A program made the position numbers and the translations under genes. Below the pieces are notes generated by a model. The model was not told where the DNA came from and ran no database searches. It was given only the letters and a program-made list of their open reading frames with translations. From Chthonomonas calidirosea (lineage in GTDB: Bacteria; Armatimonadota; Chthonomonadetes; Chthonomonadales; CAJBBX01), in assembly GCA_020722705.1 (NCBI GenBank), contig DYKI01000003.1, positions 4,177 to 68,176 on the forward strand: a DNA stretch of 64,000 nt, read 5' to 3'. Positions 1 through 8,177 of the stretch are shown piece by piece. The first letter of the stretch is position 1. Every line of letters starts with the position of its first letter.

Positions 1-297
1 GAGCGGGACACATCCGCGTGGCTTGGCAACGAGATGCAGCGGTTCTGCTATGAGGAACTGAAGAGACTCGAAGATCGCGTCAGAGAACTTGGGCACCCGG
101 CCGTGACCGACTGCTGGCGACGGATGCAGACATCGGATCACCTGTACTATATGGCGACCAAGTCCATGAGCGACCAGGACGTGCACCGGTACTTCAGCGC
201 CTACGGCAGCGTGTTCGAAGCCTTCGTCAGACTGCATACCGCGGCCGTTGACCTGCGTGTGCAGATCGAGCGCCGCCTGATAAGGGACAAGCGCTAG
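1..297 (+). CDS. Glycoside hydrolase family 57 (alpha-amylase/branching-type), C-terminal part; 5' end lies outside the window
   Basis: The frame from base 1 reads ERDTSAWLGNEMQ...WRRMQTSDHLYYMATK...VHRYFSAY, which are characteristic GH57 C-terminal motifs. Confidence 0.85.
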   Translation, partial: ERDTSAWLGNEMQRFCYEELKRLEDRVRELGHPAVTDCWRRMQTSDHLYYMATKSMSDQDVHRYFSAYGSVFEAFVRLHTAAVDLRVQIERRLIRDKR

Positions 298-304
298 CGC
301 GGCA

Positions 305-871
305 TCACATTTCGGCGCTGCACGTCGCCTCCGCAACGACCGCTGCGCAGAATGCATCATCAGCGTCGCCTGGCAGCAGACCGCTGATCGGGGACTCCGC
401 GAACTCGTAGAATGACCAAGCGGCCCGAGGCCATGTGTGTCCCGCAGGAGGCGCCACAGGCGTCTTCAGTGATCGTGCCAGGTCGCCGCGCGGATCTACG
501 GCGTTGAGCAGATCGAGGACCTGATTGACACGGAACAGGTAGTATCCACCCTCTGCGGCATCGTGGCTAATCAAGGCATGAGCGAGCTTTCCAGCCTCCT
601 GCAGCAGCCGGTCGCCCAGCGTCATGACGGCAGCACGCAGTCCTTCCGCATCGGCGGGAGCCTGGGCGATGGGAGGGGCATCGCCCTCGATGACCCCACT
701 CGGTGCAGCACAGGCTACATGTGTCGGCGAGACGACCGTCACCTCCGCCGGACCATCCGCCGGTTCCGGTTCGTCAATGTTGGACACGCCCTTGATGAGG
801 GCGTCGAAATCGAAGTTGCTTACCCCGCGGCGAAGCCGCTCGCGCAGATTCGAGGTCTTATCGTGCCGCAC
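305..871 (-). CDS. Hypothetical protein, putative ParA partner
   Basis: 188-aa ORF overlapping the parA stop. Basic N-terminus (RERLRRGVSNFDFDALIKG), then an acidic/Pro linker and a helical C-domain. No ParB GxxR/CTPase motif seen. Confidence 0.7.
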   Translation of the reverse strand: MRHDKTSNLRERLRRGVSNFDFDALIKGVSNIDEPEPADGPAEVTVVSPTHVACAAPSGVIEGDAPPIAQAPADAEGLRAAVMTLGDRLLQEAGKLAHALISHDAAEGGYYLFRVNQVLDLLNAVDPRGDLARSLKTPVAPPAGHTWPRAAWSFYEFAESPISGLLPGDADDAFCAAVVAEATCSAEM

Positions 872-1634
872 GGAGCAACACCTCCTCGGCCAGCGCCTCG
901 TAGTTCTGGGCCCCCGGCGCGCGTCGGTCGAACAGGGCTATCGGCCTCCCTTCGACCTCGGATTCGGATACGCGGACGTTCTTGTAGATGACGGTCTGGA
1001 ACACCTTGTCCCCGAAGCGTTCGCGTATCTCCGCGGCAATCGTCGCATGCAGCCGCGTGCCTCGTTCGAACATTGTCAGGAGCACGCCCAGCAGCTCGAC
1101 CCGGAAACGGAGGCTCTTGGTCAGGGCCACGATCATTTTGTTCAGAGAGTCCATGCCGGCGAAGGCGTAGAACTTCGGCTCGGTTGGAATGAGCAGGTGG
1201 GTCGCGGCCACGATGGCGTTTTGCGTTAGTGTGCCCAGGGAGGGCGGGCAGTCAATGAAAACCCAATCGTATTCCTGATGCCGCGTCAGATCCTCGATCG
1301 CGTTGCGCAATCGGTACGCTTTGTCGGCATGCGGCATCATCAACGCCTCGGTATGGGCGAGGTCGAGGTGTCCCGGAGCCAGGTATAGCGGGAGTCCCTC
1401 GATCTGCCGAAGGATGACGCTGAGTGGAACCTCGTCTGGATCGAGCAGGACAGAATGAAGCGCGACATCGAGCTCGGGCCACGGAACACCCAGCCCAACC
1501 GTCAGGTTGGCCTGGGGATCAAGGTCTATTAGGAGTGTGCGGAGGCCTCGCTCAGCAAGGCACGCGCCCAGGTTGGCCGCCGTTGTCGTCTTGGCCACGC
1601 CGCCCTTCTGGTTGACGACAGCTACGACGTTCAC
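858..1634 (-). CDS. parA: ParA/Soj family ATPase (orphan, no parB)
   Basis: Deviant Walker A NQKGGVAKTTT, DLDPQANLT, Walker B IDCPPSLG, GVLLTMF, and a typical ParA C-terminus (GAQNYEALAEE). Confidence 0.93.
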   Translation of the reverse strand: MNVVAVVNQKGGVAKTTTAANLGACLAERGLRTLLIDLDPQANLTVGLGVPWPELDVALHSVLLDPDEVPLSVILRQIEGLPLYLAPGHLDLAHTEALMMPHADKAYRLRNAIEDLTRHQEYDWVFIDCPPSLGTLTQNAIVAATHLLIPTEPKFYAFAGMDSLNKMIVALTKSLRFRVELLGVLLTMFERGTRLHATIAAEIRERFGDKVFQTVIYKNVRVSESEVEGRPIALFDRRAPGAQNYEALAEEVLLRAAR

Positions 1635-2407
1635 GCGAGATCACTCTGCCTGCGACGGTCACCGTTGGCGTCCAACAGCACCAGCTTCGAAGCATCAAGG
1701 GTAATGAAGCCGAGGGGATTGTACATCGTGCGTGGTCTTAGCATCACCCTGAGCCCATTGCCGGCGGGGCGCCCCGCGACGGTAAACACGCCGTTGCGAA
1801 CGTCATCAAGGAAGGCCATGTAGTCGGTCGAGCGCGTCTCATCAGCCTGGATGCGCATCTTTGTGAGGTCAATGATGGCCTTCCACAGGTTGGATGAAGG
1901 ATCCACCGCTCGCTCGCGAGGTTTCAGTCGGACGAGGTCGCCGACGCAGAACGGGTTCGCCCAGATATCCCCGATCGGACACCAGTCGGTCTCCTCGGGC
2001 TCGGTGGCGGTTGGCATACCGAGGGTGATGCCATCAGCTCCAGCGTGGATGGGATACTGCAGGCCTCGCGACTGACCGTCGGCACAGAACAGCGCTATTG
2101 AGAGCATCGAGCCGTCTAGTGGCCGCTCCGTCGCGCCGAGCCACCGGGCGGCGTCACGCTCCTTAGTGGTCACTGCAACCGCTGCATACGCGATCGGGTC
2201 CACGGTCCTTAGCCAGCGTCGGGCTTCTTCGAAGGCGAGTGTCAACTCCTCATCGCTGGTCCACTCAAGCACAATGCTTTCTGCCCCGGCCTCGGCGGTG
2301 TAGGCGACGAGGGTTGGCCGAACACCTCCCGAGCGTATGAGCGCTCCGGTGGCTCCTACATCCAGAAGAGTGAACTCAGTCTCGAAGACGAAGTCGGGTG
2401 CGGACAC
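1631..2407 (-). CDS. Hypothetical protein, first gene of the parA operon
   Basis: The ORF track starts it at 2494, but that ATG lies inside the -10 box of a sigma70 promoter. GTG at 2407 has an AGGAAG SD-like site. The stop overlaps the parA start (GTGA). Confidence 0.7.
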   Translation of the reverse strand: MSAPDFVFETEFTLLDVGATGALIRSGGVRPTLVAYTAEAGAESIVLEWTSDEELTLAFEEARRWLRTVDPIAYAAVAVTTKERDAARWLGATERPLDGSMLSIALFCADGQSRGLQYPIHAGADGITLGMPTATEPEETDWCPIGDIWANPFCVGDLVRLKPRERAVDPSSNLWKAIIDLTKMRIQADETRSTDYMAFLDDVRNGVFTVAGRPAGNGLRVMLRPRTMYNPLGFITLDASKLVLLDANGDRRRQSDLA

Positions 2408-2492
2408 AGTTCTTCCTGCCCAGCATGAGGACGCCACAGCGCCGGCATCGCACCCGAGCGGCGTGAGCTGTGCATACCGTGACGATTGTGCC

Positions 2493-2522
2493 ATTGTATA
2501 ACGCTCGGCAACAGCATGTCAA
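2493..2522 (-). promoter_or_regulatory. Sigma70-type promoter for the parA operon
   Basis: Minus strand TTGACA (2522-2517), N18, TACAAT (2498-2493). Confidence 0.7.
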
Positions 2523-2572
2523 GGACGACCTCAGCGCGAGTGCCTCGCTCGCCCGACGGCCGGAGACACGCT

Positions 2573-2600
2573 GTGAACTGTCGGGCCATCTGCACGTCTA
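2573..2600 (+). promoter_or_regulatory. ECF-type (likely autoregulatory) promoter
   Basis: GTGAAC-N16-CGTCTA about 50 bp upstream of the ECF sigma gene; fits the AAC/CGT ECF consensus. Confidence 0.55.
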
Positions 2601-2649
2601 TATGAAACGAGAACAGGCAGCGTGACGTGTCAGGAGGTCCGAGAACGAG

Positions 2650-3270
2650 GTGGAACGGGTGGCTGATAGCGATGCGGCACTGGTTTCGCGATGCAGAGAC
2701 AACGATCGAGAAGCTTTCAACGAGATCGTCTGTCGCTACATGGATCGTGTTGTCACATACGTTCGTCGGATGGTCGAGAACCGTGAGGACGCCGAGGATA
2801 TCGCTCAGGAGACATTTGTGCGGATCCATGCAGGCCTCCGGTCGTTTCAGAGCCGGTCGTCCTTGAACACGTGGGTGTATCGGATAGCCACGAACCTGTG
2901 CATTGACTACCGCCGAAAGCGTCTGCGGCCTGAGCGAAGGGCAGTGTGTATGGCGGACGCAGGATCAGGCTCCGCCAGTCTCGAAAACGTACGTGCCGCC
3001 GCGGCAACGGAGCCTGAGACGACTGCTATGCGCAATGAGTTGTCCAGGGCCCTGAAGCAAGCCATCGAAGGACTTCCTGAGCGCCTGCGGACCGTAGTGG
3101 TGCTCCATGACGTGAACGGCCTGGCGTATGACGAGATAGCGGCAATCGTCGGATGTCCTCTCGGGACCGTCAAATCACGGTTGTTCCATGCTCGGTCAGC
3201 ACTGAGAGAGACGCTGGGACCATACCTGCGGGGGGACGAGGTCGGGGCGAAAGGGCAGGGGAGCGCATGA
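2650..3270 (+). CDS. ECF RNA polymerase sigma factor (SigW/RpoE-like)
   Basis: Region 2 DAEDIAQETF...TWVYRIATNLCID and region 4 LAYDEIAAIVGCPLGTVKSRLFHAR. Confidence 0.95.
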   Translation: MERVADSDAALVSRCRDNDREAFNEIVCRYMDRVVTYVRRMVENREDAEDIAQETFVRIHAGLRSFQSRSSLNTWVYRIATNLCIDYRRKRLRPERRAVCMADAGSGSASLENVRAAAATEPETTAMRNELSRALKQAIEGLPERLRTVVVLHDVNGLAYDEIAAIVGCPLGTVKSRLFHARSALRETLGPYLRGDEVGAKGQGSA

Positions 3271-3776
3271 TGAAGTGCAATGTCGCTCGGCGACTTATAT
3301 CGCTGGAAGTGGACGATAACCTATCGGCACACGATGTCATCAGGCTTCGTGCGCACCTGACCGAATGCTCCGAGTGCAGTGCATTCGCCCACGACATGAG
3401 GCGGCTGGTTTCGGCCTCCTCGGAGCTTCAGGAAACCTGCAGCCGGGAAGCTTTCCTCCTCGGTGTCAGCCGGCGCATCGAAGCGTCCTCCTCGACGCCT
3501 CAACGGCTGATGGATAGGCTATGGTACGTTCGAAGGTCGCTGCGTCTGGCCGGCATGCTCGCGGGAGCGGCGTGCTGCATCGGCATCGTCGTGGTTGTCC
3601 ATGTGCTGGGTGCCCGGAGGGATGCCGTTCAGCAAGTTGCGGCCGCTGAAGCGTTGCAGACGGTTGCCTCGCAAGATATCGCCCTGTCTTTTGGTGGGCC
3701 GCTCGATGACCTGGCTGCGGCGAATCTGGCAGCTCTTGGGGCCGAGACGCCGCCGCTTGGTGAAGGGTGTGAGTAG
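3267..3776 (+). CDS. Zinc-binding (ZAS, zf-HC2) membrane anti-sigma factor
   Basis: ATG at 3267 overlaps the sigma stop. MKC...HLTECSEC gives an HxxxCxxC motif, followed by one TM helix. Confidence 0.88.
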   Translation: MMKCNVARRLISLEVDDNLSAHDVIRLRAHLTECSECSAFAHDMRRLVSASSELQETCSREAFLLGVSRRIEASSSTPQRLMDRLWYVRRSLRLAGMLAGAACCIGIVVVVHVLGARRDAVQQVAAAEALQTVASQDIALSFGGPLDDLAAANLAALGAETPPLGEGCE

Positions 3777-3794
3777 TGCACCTGGAATGAGGGG

Positions 3795-4868
3795 ATGGAA
3801 GGGATGGCAGCGCGAATGCCGCGAGTGATCGTGGCTCTGGCGATTGCAATGATGACGCTCGCCATGCCGAGCCGCTGCCTGGCGGCGGGGACGCCATCGT
3901 CCCCTTCGGATGGTCAGGACACCGGCAATCAGCTCAGCGGAGCCGGTTCGCCCCGTGTCATCAGGCTTCTCCAACTCATGTTGTCTCAGGGGCCGCGGGC
4001 GCGCTACATCGGCGAACAAACGACGCGGTTGCTCGAAGGCGAGATCGCCGAGTCGCGGCAGATCGTGAAGCATGCAGGTCCGGGGCGCGAGCGCATCGAG
4101 TTCATGGCTCCGCCTCGAATCCGCGGCGAAGTGATGCTGAATCTCCCAGGCAAGCGTCTCCACCTCCGCATGAGGCCAAGGCCGAGAGTGGTGGAGATGA
4201 ATGTGCCGCTCGACGTGCAGATTCGCCCGATCCGCGAGCTGCTGTTGGCCGTGCGCCAGAAGCGGATCGTGGTGCGCCATATCGGCCAGGAGCAGATCGC
4301 AGGCCGGATCGCCGACATCATCGAGGCGAAGCCCCTCGCATCTGTGCCCTACAAGCGGCTGTGGATAGACCGTGAGACCGGCGTGCGTCTGCGCTACGAG
4401 ACGGTGGACACCTCAGGCTCGGTTATCGCAACATCGTACTTCACGCGGATTGACTACACTCCGGACCTTGCAATGTCCGAGTTCAGTCCAGCATCGCTGA
4501 CGGCCAAGGCTCCATCGGCGCCGGCCATGCGCGCAGACGCGGTCGCGTCTGTCGCCGACGCTCAGTCGAAGGTCGGTTTCCGCATCAGGGAGCCTCTTCT
4601 GCCGCCGCCGTTTCGCCGCACCGGGGTGTGGCTGGTCGGCTCGGGGGATGCCGTGAGTGTGGCCATTACCTACAGCGATGGTGTCAACACGCTGAGACTG
4701 ACGCAGCGCAAGGTTGGACCGGCGATTGCGCGACTGAGGCAAGGGGCCGCCCGTGAGCCGATCATCCGACCCGGTGCCGCGCATTGGCTGTCCGGCGACG
4801 TGCTCTTTACGCTTTCGGGGTCGGTCCGACGCCCGATCATCGAGAAGGCAATCAGGGGACTCCGATAG
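3795..4868 (+). CDS. MucB/RseB-like (LolA-fold) periplasmic sigma regulator
   Basis: Signal peptide; EQIAGRIADII...RLWIDRETGVRLRYE motif of MucB/RseB; third gene of the ECF operon. Confidence 0.75.
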   Translation: MEGMAARMPRVIVALAIAMMTLAMPSRCLAAGTPSSPSDGQDTGNQLSGAGSPRVIRLLQLMLSQGPRARYIGEQTTRLLEGEIAESRQIVKHAGPGRERIEFMAPPRIRGEVMLNLPGKRLHLRMRPRPRVVEMNVPLDVQIRPIRELLLAVRQKRIVVRHIGQEQIAGRIADIIEAKPLASVPYKRLWIDRETGVRLRYETVDTSGSVIATSYFTRIDYTPDLAMSEFSPASLTAKAPSAPAMRADAVASVADAQSKVGFRIREPLLPPPFRRTGVWLVGSGDAVSVAITYSDGVNTLRLTQRKVGPAIARLRQGAAREPIIRPGAAHWLSGDVLFTLSGSVRRPIIEKAIRGLR

Positions 4869-4889
4869 CCCCGACCCGACGACCGGATT

Positions 4890-4922
4890 GGCGATGGGTG
4901 GCTCCGAGCGCCACCCATCGCC
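4890..4922. terminator. Perfect 13-bp hairpin between convergent genes
   Basis: GGCGATGGGTGGC, a 7-nt loop, then GCCACCCATCGCC. No U-tract on either side. Confidence 0.55.
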
Positions 4923-4931
4923 GTCATTGGC

Positions 4932-5987
4932 TCAGTCGAGCCTGACCTCTCTGCCCTCAGTTGCGCTTCGGTACAGCGCATCGAGAATGCGTATCACATC
5001 GAGCGACTGCTCGGCGGGCACGGGTGACGGCTTTCCTGCCGCAACGGCATCGGCGAACGCCATACACTCGAGTGCGTGCGGCTCGCCGCCTTCTTTGTTC
5101 TGGAGCTGCACATCCATGTGCTGCCGCGTAGCATTGTCGGTCTGGAGGAGTACGTTGGCAGGCCAATGGGCTCCGCCTTTGTCGCCATAGAGCCACATCT
5201 GCATGTCCTCGCCGTGGGTCTTCGGATGGTTGAGCAGCCAGGACACCTCCAGAACTAGCGTGGCTCCGGTATCGAACCTGACGAACGCCGCGGCGAACTC
5301 CTCGACATCCCATGACGCGGGTATGGGGCCGCCCCAGTTTGAGAAAGCTCCCGGCAGGCGACGCAGCCGATCCTGGGTGACCCCGCTGACAGCGACCGGC
5401 TTGGGGTGACCCATCATCCACAACGTCAGGTCGAGGATGTGAACGCCAATGTCTATACACGGGCCGCCGCCGCTGTGCTTCTTCTCGATAAACGTGGGCC
5501 TGGTCGGAGCGCCTGATCTGCGAAGCATCCAACTGCGAGCATGGTAGACCTGGCCGAGGCGACCCGCATCTATCTGTGCCTTCATCGCCCGGGCGGCGCC
5601 ATCGAATCGAAAGTGCTGGGCGGTCATCAGCAGTTTGCCGCTCCGATCGCGGGCCTCGATCATCTGCTCGATCTCGCGTGGCGTCGGAGCCAGGGGTTTC
5701 TCGCACAGGACATGCTTCCCGGCACCCAATGCGGCAATCGCGAGGGGAGCGTGGTACATGTTCGGCGTGCAGATGTCAACGATAGCGATATCGGGATCGG
5801 CGATCAGGGCATATGGGTCCTGGTACAGCTTGCCGATGCCGAGATCGGCGCCCTTTGCGGCGAGTACATCGGGGTCAACATCCGCGAGCGCCACGACCTC
5901 GGTGTGCGGGCTATCGCGCCAGCCAGGGAAGTGCGTGTTCGCGATGCCGCGGACTCCAATGACGCCGACTTTGAGATTGCCAGACAA
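4932..5987 (-). CDS. Gfo/Idh/MocA family oxidoreductase
   Basis: KVGVIG, ICTPNMYH, HVLCEKP, GGGPCIDIGVH. TTG start at 5987 with a GAGGAG SD. Confidence 0.92.
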   Translation of the reverse strand: MSGNLKVGVIGVRGIANTHFPGWRDSPHTEVVALADVDPDVLAAKGADLGIGKLYQDPYALIADPDIAIVDICTPNMYHAPLAIAALGAGKHVLCEKPLAPTPREIEQMIEARDRSGKLLMTAQHFRFDGAARAMKAQIDAGRLGQVYHARSWMLRRSGAPTRPTFIEKKHSGGGPCIDIGVHILDLTLWMMGHPKPVAVSGVTQDRLRRLPGAFSNWGGPIPASWDVEEFAAAFVRFDTGATLVLEVSWLLNHPKTHGEDMQMWLYGDKGGAHWPANVLLQTDNATRQHMDVQLQNKEGGEPHALECMAFADAVAAGKPSPVPAEQSLDVIRILDALYRSATEGREVRLD

Positions 5988-6027
5988 AGTGTGTCTCCTC
6001 CAGTGTGTTGAATGATGCTGCTGTGTC

Positions 6028-7302
6028 CTATGCCAGGGCCCGATCAACTTTGTTGATCGCTTGAGCCATGAGCTTGGCGTGTTCGGGTGTCATGCGCATA
6101 TTGAGACCGAATCTGAGCGCTCGACCCAGGATGTCAAGCGTTGCCGGGCACATGTCGCGCGCGTACTCGACGCAGCCGCTGTACGCCGGATGACTCCATG
6201 GCGCGGCTTGAGCGTGATGCGACCTCTTGTCCAGAATGGAGTCCCAGTACTTGTAGATGTGTCTGTCGGGAAAACCGTCGTTATGCGCCGTACCACAGGG
6301 AAGTCCCTCCGCAGTCAGGGCTTCGGCAAACAGGCTTGGCGACACTCCATCTTTAACGATGATCGCGGCGCTGATGCCGCAATCGCCGCTCGGGTCGTCA
6401 ACGGCTTGTGTATCGTAGGTCATCGGCGTGTCGAGATGCGCAAGGAACGTTCCCTTGAGCTTCCGGGTGTGCGCCAGGATTCCGTCCAGTTTAGATAGCT
6501 GGACCCGCGCAATCGCGCCGAGAAGCTCACTCGGGCGGTAGCATTGTGCGGAGAATGGACGATCCAGCCAGCCTTCGGCAGGGATACTCTCTCGCATCCA
6601 CATCGGCAAAGCAGGATCGGCCGCGAAACAAGCGCGCTCGTAGACCACTGGATCGTCGGTGAACACAAGTCCGCCCTCGCCGCACGTGATGATCTTGAAG
6701 TAGTTCAGGCTCCATGCTCCGGCGGCGCCCAGGGTTCCGACGACCTGCCCCCGATAGCGCCCGCCGATGCACTGGCAGCAGTCCTCGATAACCAGGAGCC
6801 CATGCTCGGCTGCGATTTCGCCAATGGCCCCAAGGCGGCATGGGACCCCCTGCATGTGGACCGGGATGATGGCCTTCGTGTAGGAGGTGATCTTGCGCCG
6901 AACGTCTGACGGGTCCAGGCCGAGCGAGTCGTCAATCTCGGCAATGACGGGCACCGCCCCTACAGCCACAACAGCGGCGGGCGTGGCGATGTAAGTGTAG
7001 GCCGGAACAATGACCTCGTCGCCGGGACCGATGCCAAGTCCGGTCAGGGCGCAAATCAGGGCGCTCGTACCGGAGTTGACCATCAGGGCATGTTGTGTCC
7101 CAATCCACGCGGCCGCCTCCCGCTCGAAGGCTCGAACCTCGCTCTCAGGATGGAATCGGAACAGCTTGCCCGATCGCAGCACCGATGCGGCCGCCTCGAT
7201 CTCCCTTTCGTTGATCAGCGATACGCCCGCTCCGCCTCCGCCGGTTCCGGGGAGCGGTTCGGGTATGGCACGGGGGCCACCGTGCAGGGCGAGCTTATCC
7301 AT
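6028..7302 (-). CDS. DegT/DnrJ/EryC1/StrS PLP-dependent aminotransferase
   Basis: NSGTSAL, GDEVIVPAYT, IEDCCQ, SLNYFKIITCGEGG (PLP lysine). Confidence 0.92.
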   Translation of the reverse strand: MDKLALHGGPRAIPEPLPGTGGGGAGVSLINEREIEAAASVLRSGKLFRFHPESEVRAFEREAAAWIGTQHALMVNSGTSALICALTGLGIGPGDEVIVPAYTYIATPAAVVAVGAVPVIAEIDDSLGLDPSDVRRKITSYTKAIIPVHMQGVPCRLGAIGEIAAEHGLLVIEDCCQCIGGRYRGQVVGTLGAAGAWSLNYFKIITCGEGGLVFTDDPVVYERACFAADPALPMWMRESIPAEGWLDRPFSAQCYRPSELLGAIARVQLSKLDGILAHTRKLKGTFLAHLDTPMTYDTQAVDDPSGDCGISAAIIVKDGVSPSLFAEALTAEGLPCGTAHNDGFPDRHIYKYWDSILDKRSHHAQAAPWSHPAYSGCVEYARDMCPATLDILGRALRFGLNMRMTPEHAKLMAQAINKVDRALA

Positions 7303-7400
7303 CGTGCAGATCCCTTCTGAAGCAGTATCAGCTATGTGTTCGCCGCGGGCAGGGCAGCTCCTGCCGGTTTTGCGGTGACCGGTATAATGTGCGTCATCCT

Positions 7401-8177
7401 ATGAGCATCGAGAACCCGGTTCGTGGCGAGGCCAGAGGCGAATCCACGAGCGTATCAATACGAGGGATCGGAAAACGCTACGGGCTCCGATGGGTTCTGT
7501 ATGGATTGGACGCCGCTTTGTCGCATGGGTCGGTACTGGGCATCGCTGGACCCAACGGATCGGGAAAGAGCACCGTCATCAAGATAATCGCGGACCTTGT
7601 GCGGCCCGATGCCGGGTCTGTGAGCGTCCTGGTTGGCGGGCGTGAGGTCAGGGAGACTGAGCGTCGCGAACGGGTGGGTCTGGTATCACCGGAGGCCGGA
7701 TTGTATCCTGCGCTGACGGGCGCCGAGCATGTGGCGTTTTTCGGGCAGCTCCACGGCCCTCGCATGTCGCCTGATGGCGTCAAAGCGGCTCTTGCCCGGG
7801 TAGGCCTGGCGCACCGTCGCAACGCGACGGTGGCGACGTACAGCTCGGGCATGCGCCAGCGCCTGAAGTTCGCATGCGCCACGATCCACAGCCCGTCGGT
7901 GCTCCTGCTCGATGAGCCCTATATGGCGCTTGACGCCGATGGTGTTCAGATGGTCAAGGGCGTAGTGGCTGAGCAGCGCGCGCGTGGGGTGTGCGTTGTG
8001 GCAGGCAACAGCGAGGCAGAACTCGCCCTGGCGGATTATGTGGTCCGCCTTGGCGGCTCGGCGGAGCCTCGCCCTCCCGGAGAGCCTCTCCCGTTAGGGG
8101 AGTCTCGCCCTCCCGGAGAGCTTCGCCGTCAGCGGGAACGTTGGCCGCAGGGGATGCGCACGGCGGGATCAGACTGA
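7401..8177 (+). CDS. ccmA: Heme export ABC ATPase CcmA
   Basis: GPNGSGKST, YSSGMRQR, LLLDEP; first gene of the ccm cluster; TATAAT at 7383-7388. The start could instead be GTG 7389. Confidence 0.85.
   Translation: MSIENPVRGEARGESTSVSIRGIGKRYGLRWVLYGLDAALSHGSVLGIAGPNGSGKSTVIKIIADLVRPDAGSVSVLVGGREVRETERRERVGLVSPEAGLYPALTGAEHVAFFGQLHGPRMSPDGVKAALARVGLAHRRNATVATYSSGMRQRLKFACATIHSPSVLLLDEPYMALDADGVQMVKGVVAEQRARGVCVVAGNSEAELALADYVVRLGGSAEPRPPGEPLPLGESRPPGELRRQRERWPQGMRTAGSD
8064..8153 (+). repeat. Degenerate in-frame 18-bp tandem repeat (5 units) in the ccmA 3' end
   Basis: Encodes EPRPPG/EPLPLG/ESRPPG/ELRRQR/ERWPQG. CTCGCCCTCCCGGAGAGC occurs exactly at 8068 and 8104. Confidence 0.7.

Noticed and set aside
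1-871. Idea that the ParA system positions glycogen granules because it abuts a GH57 gene
   Set aside because: The genes are convergent and adjacency is the only evidence.
2603-2629. Second ECF promoter TGAAAC-N17-CGTG upstream of the sigma gene
   Set aside because: Spacing and -10 match are poorer than at the 2573 site, so it is not reported as a separate feature.
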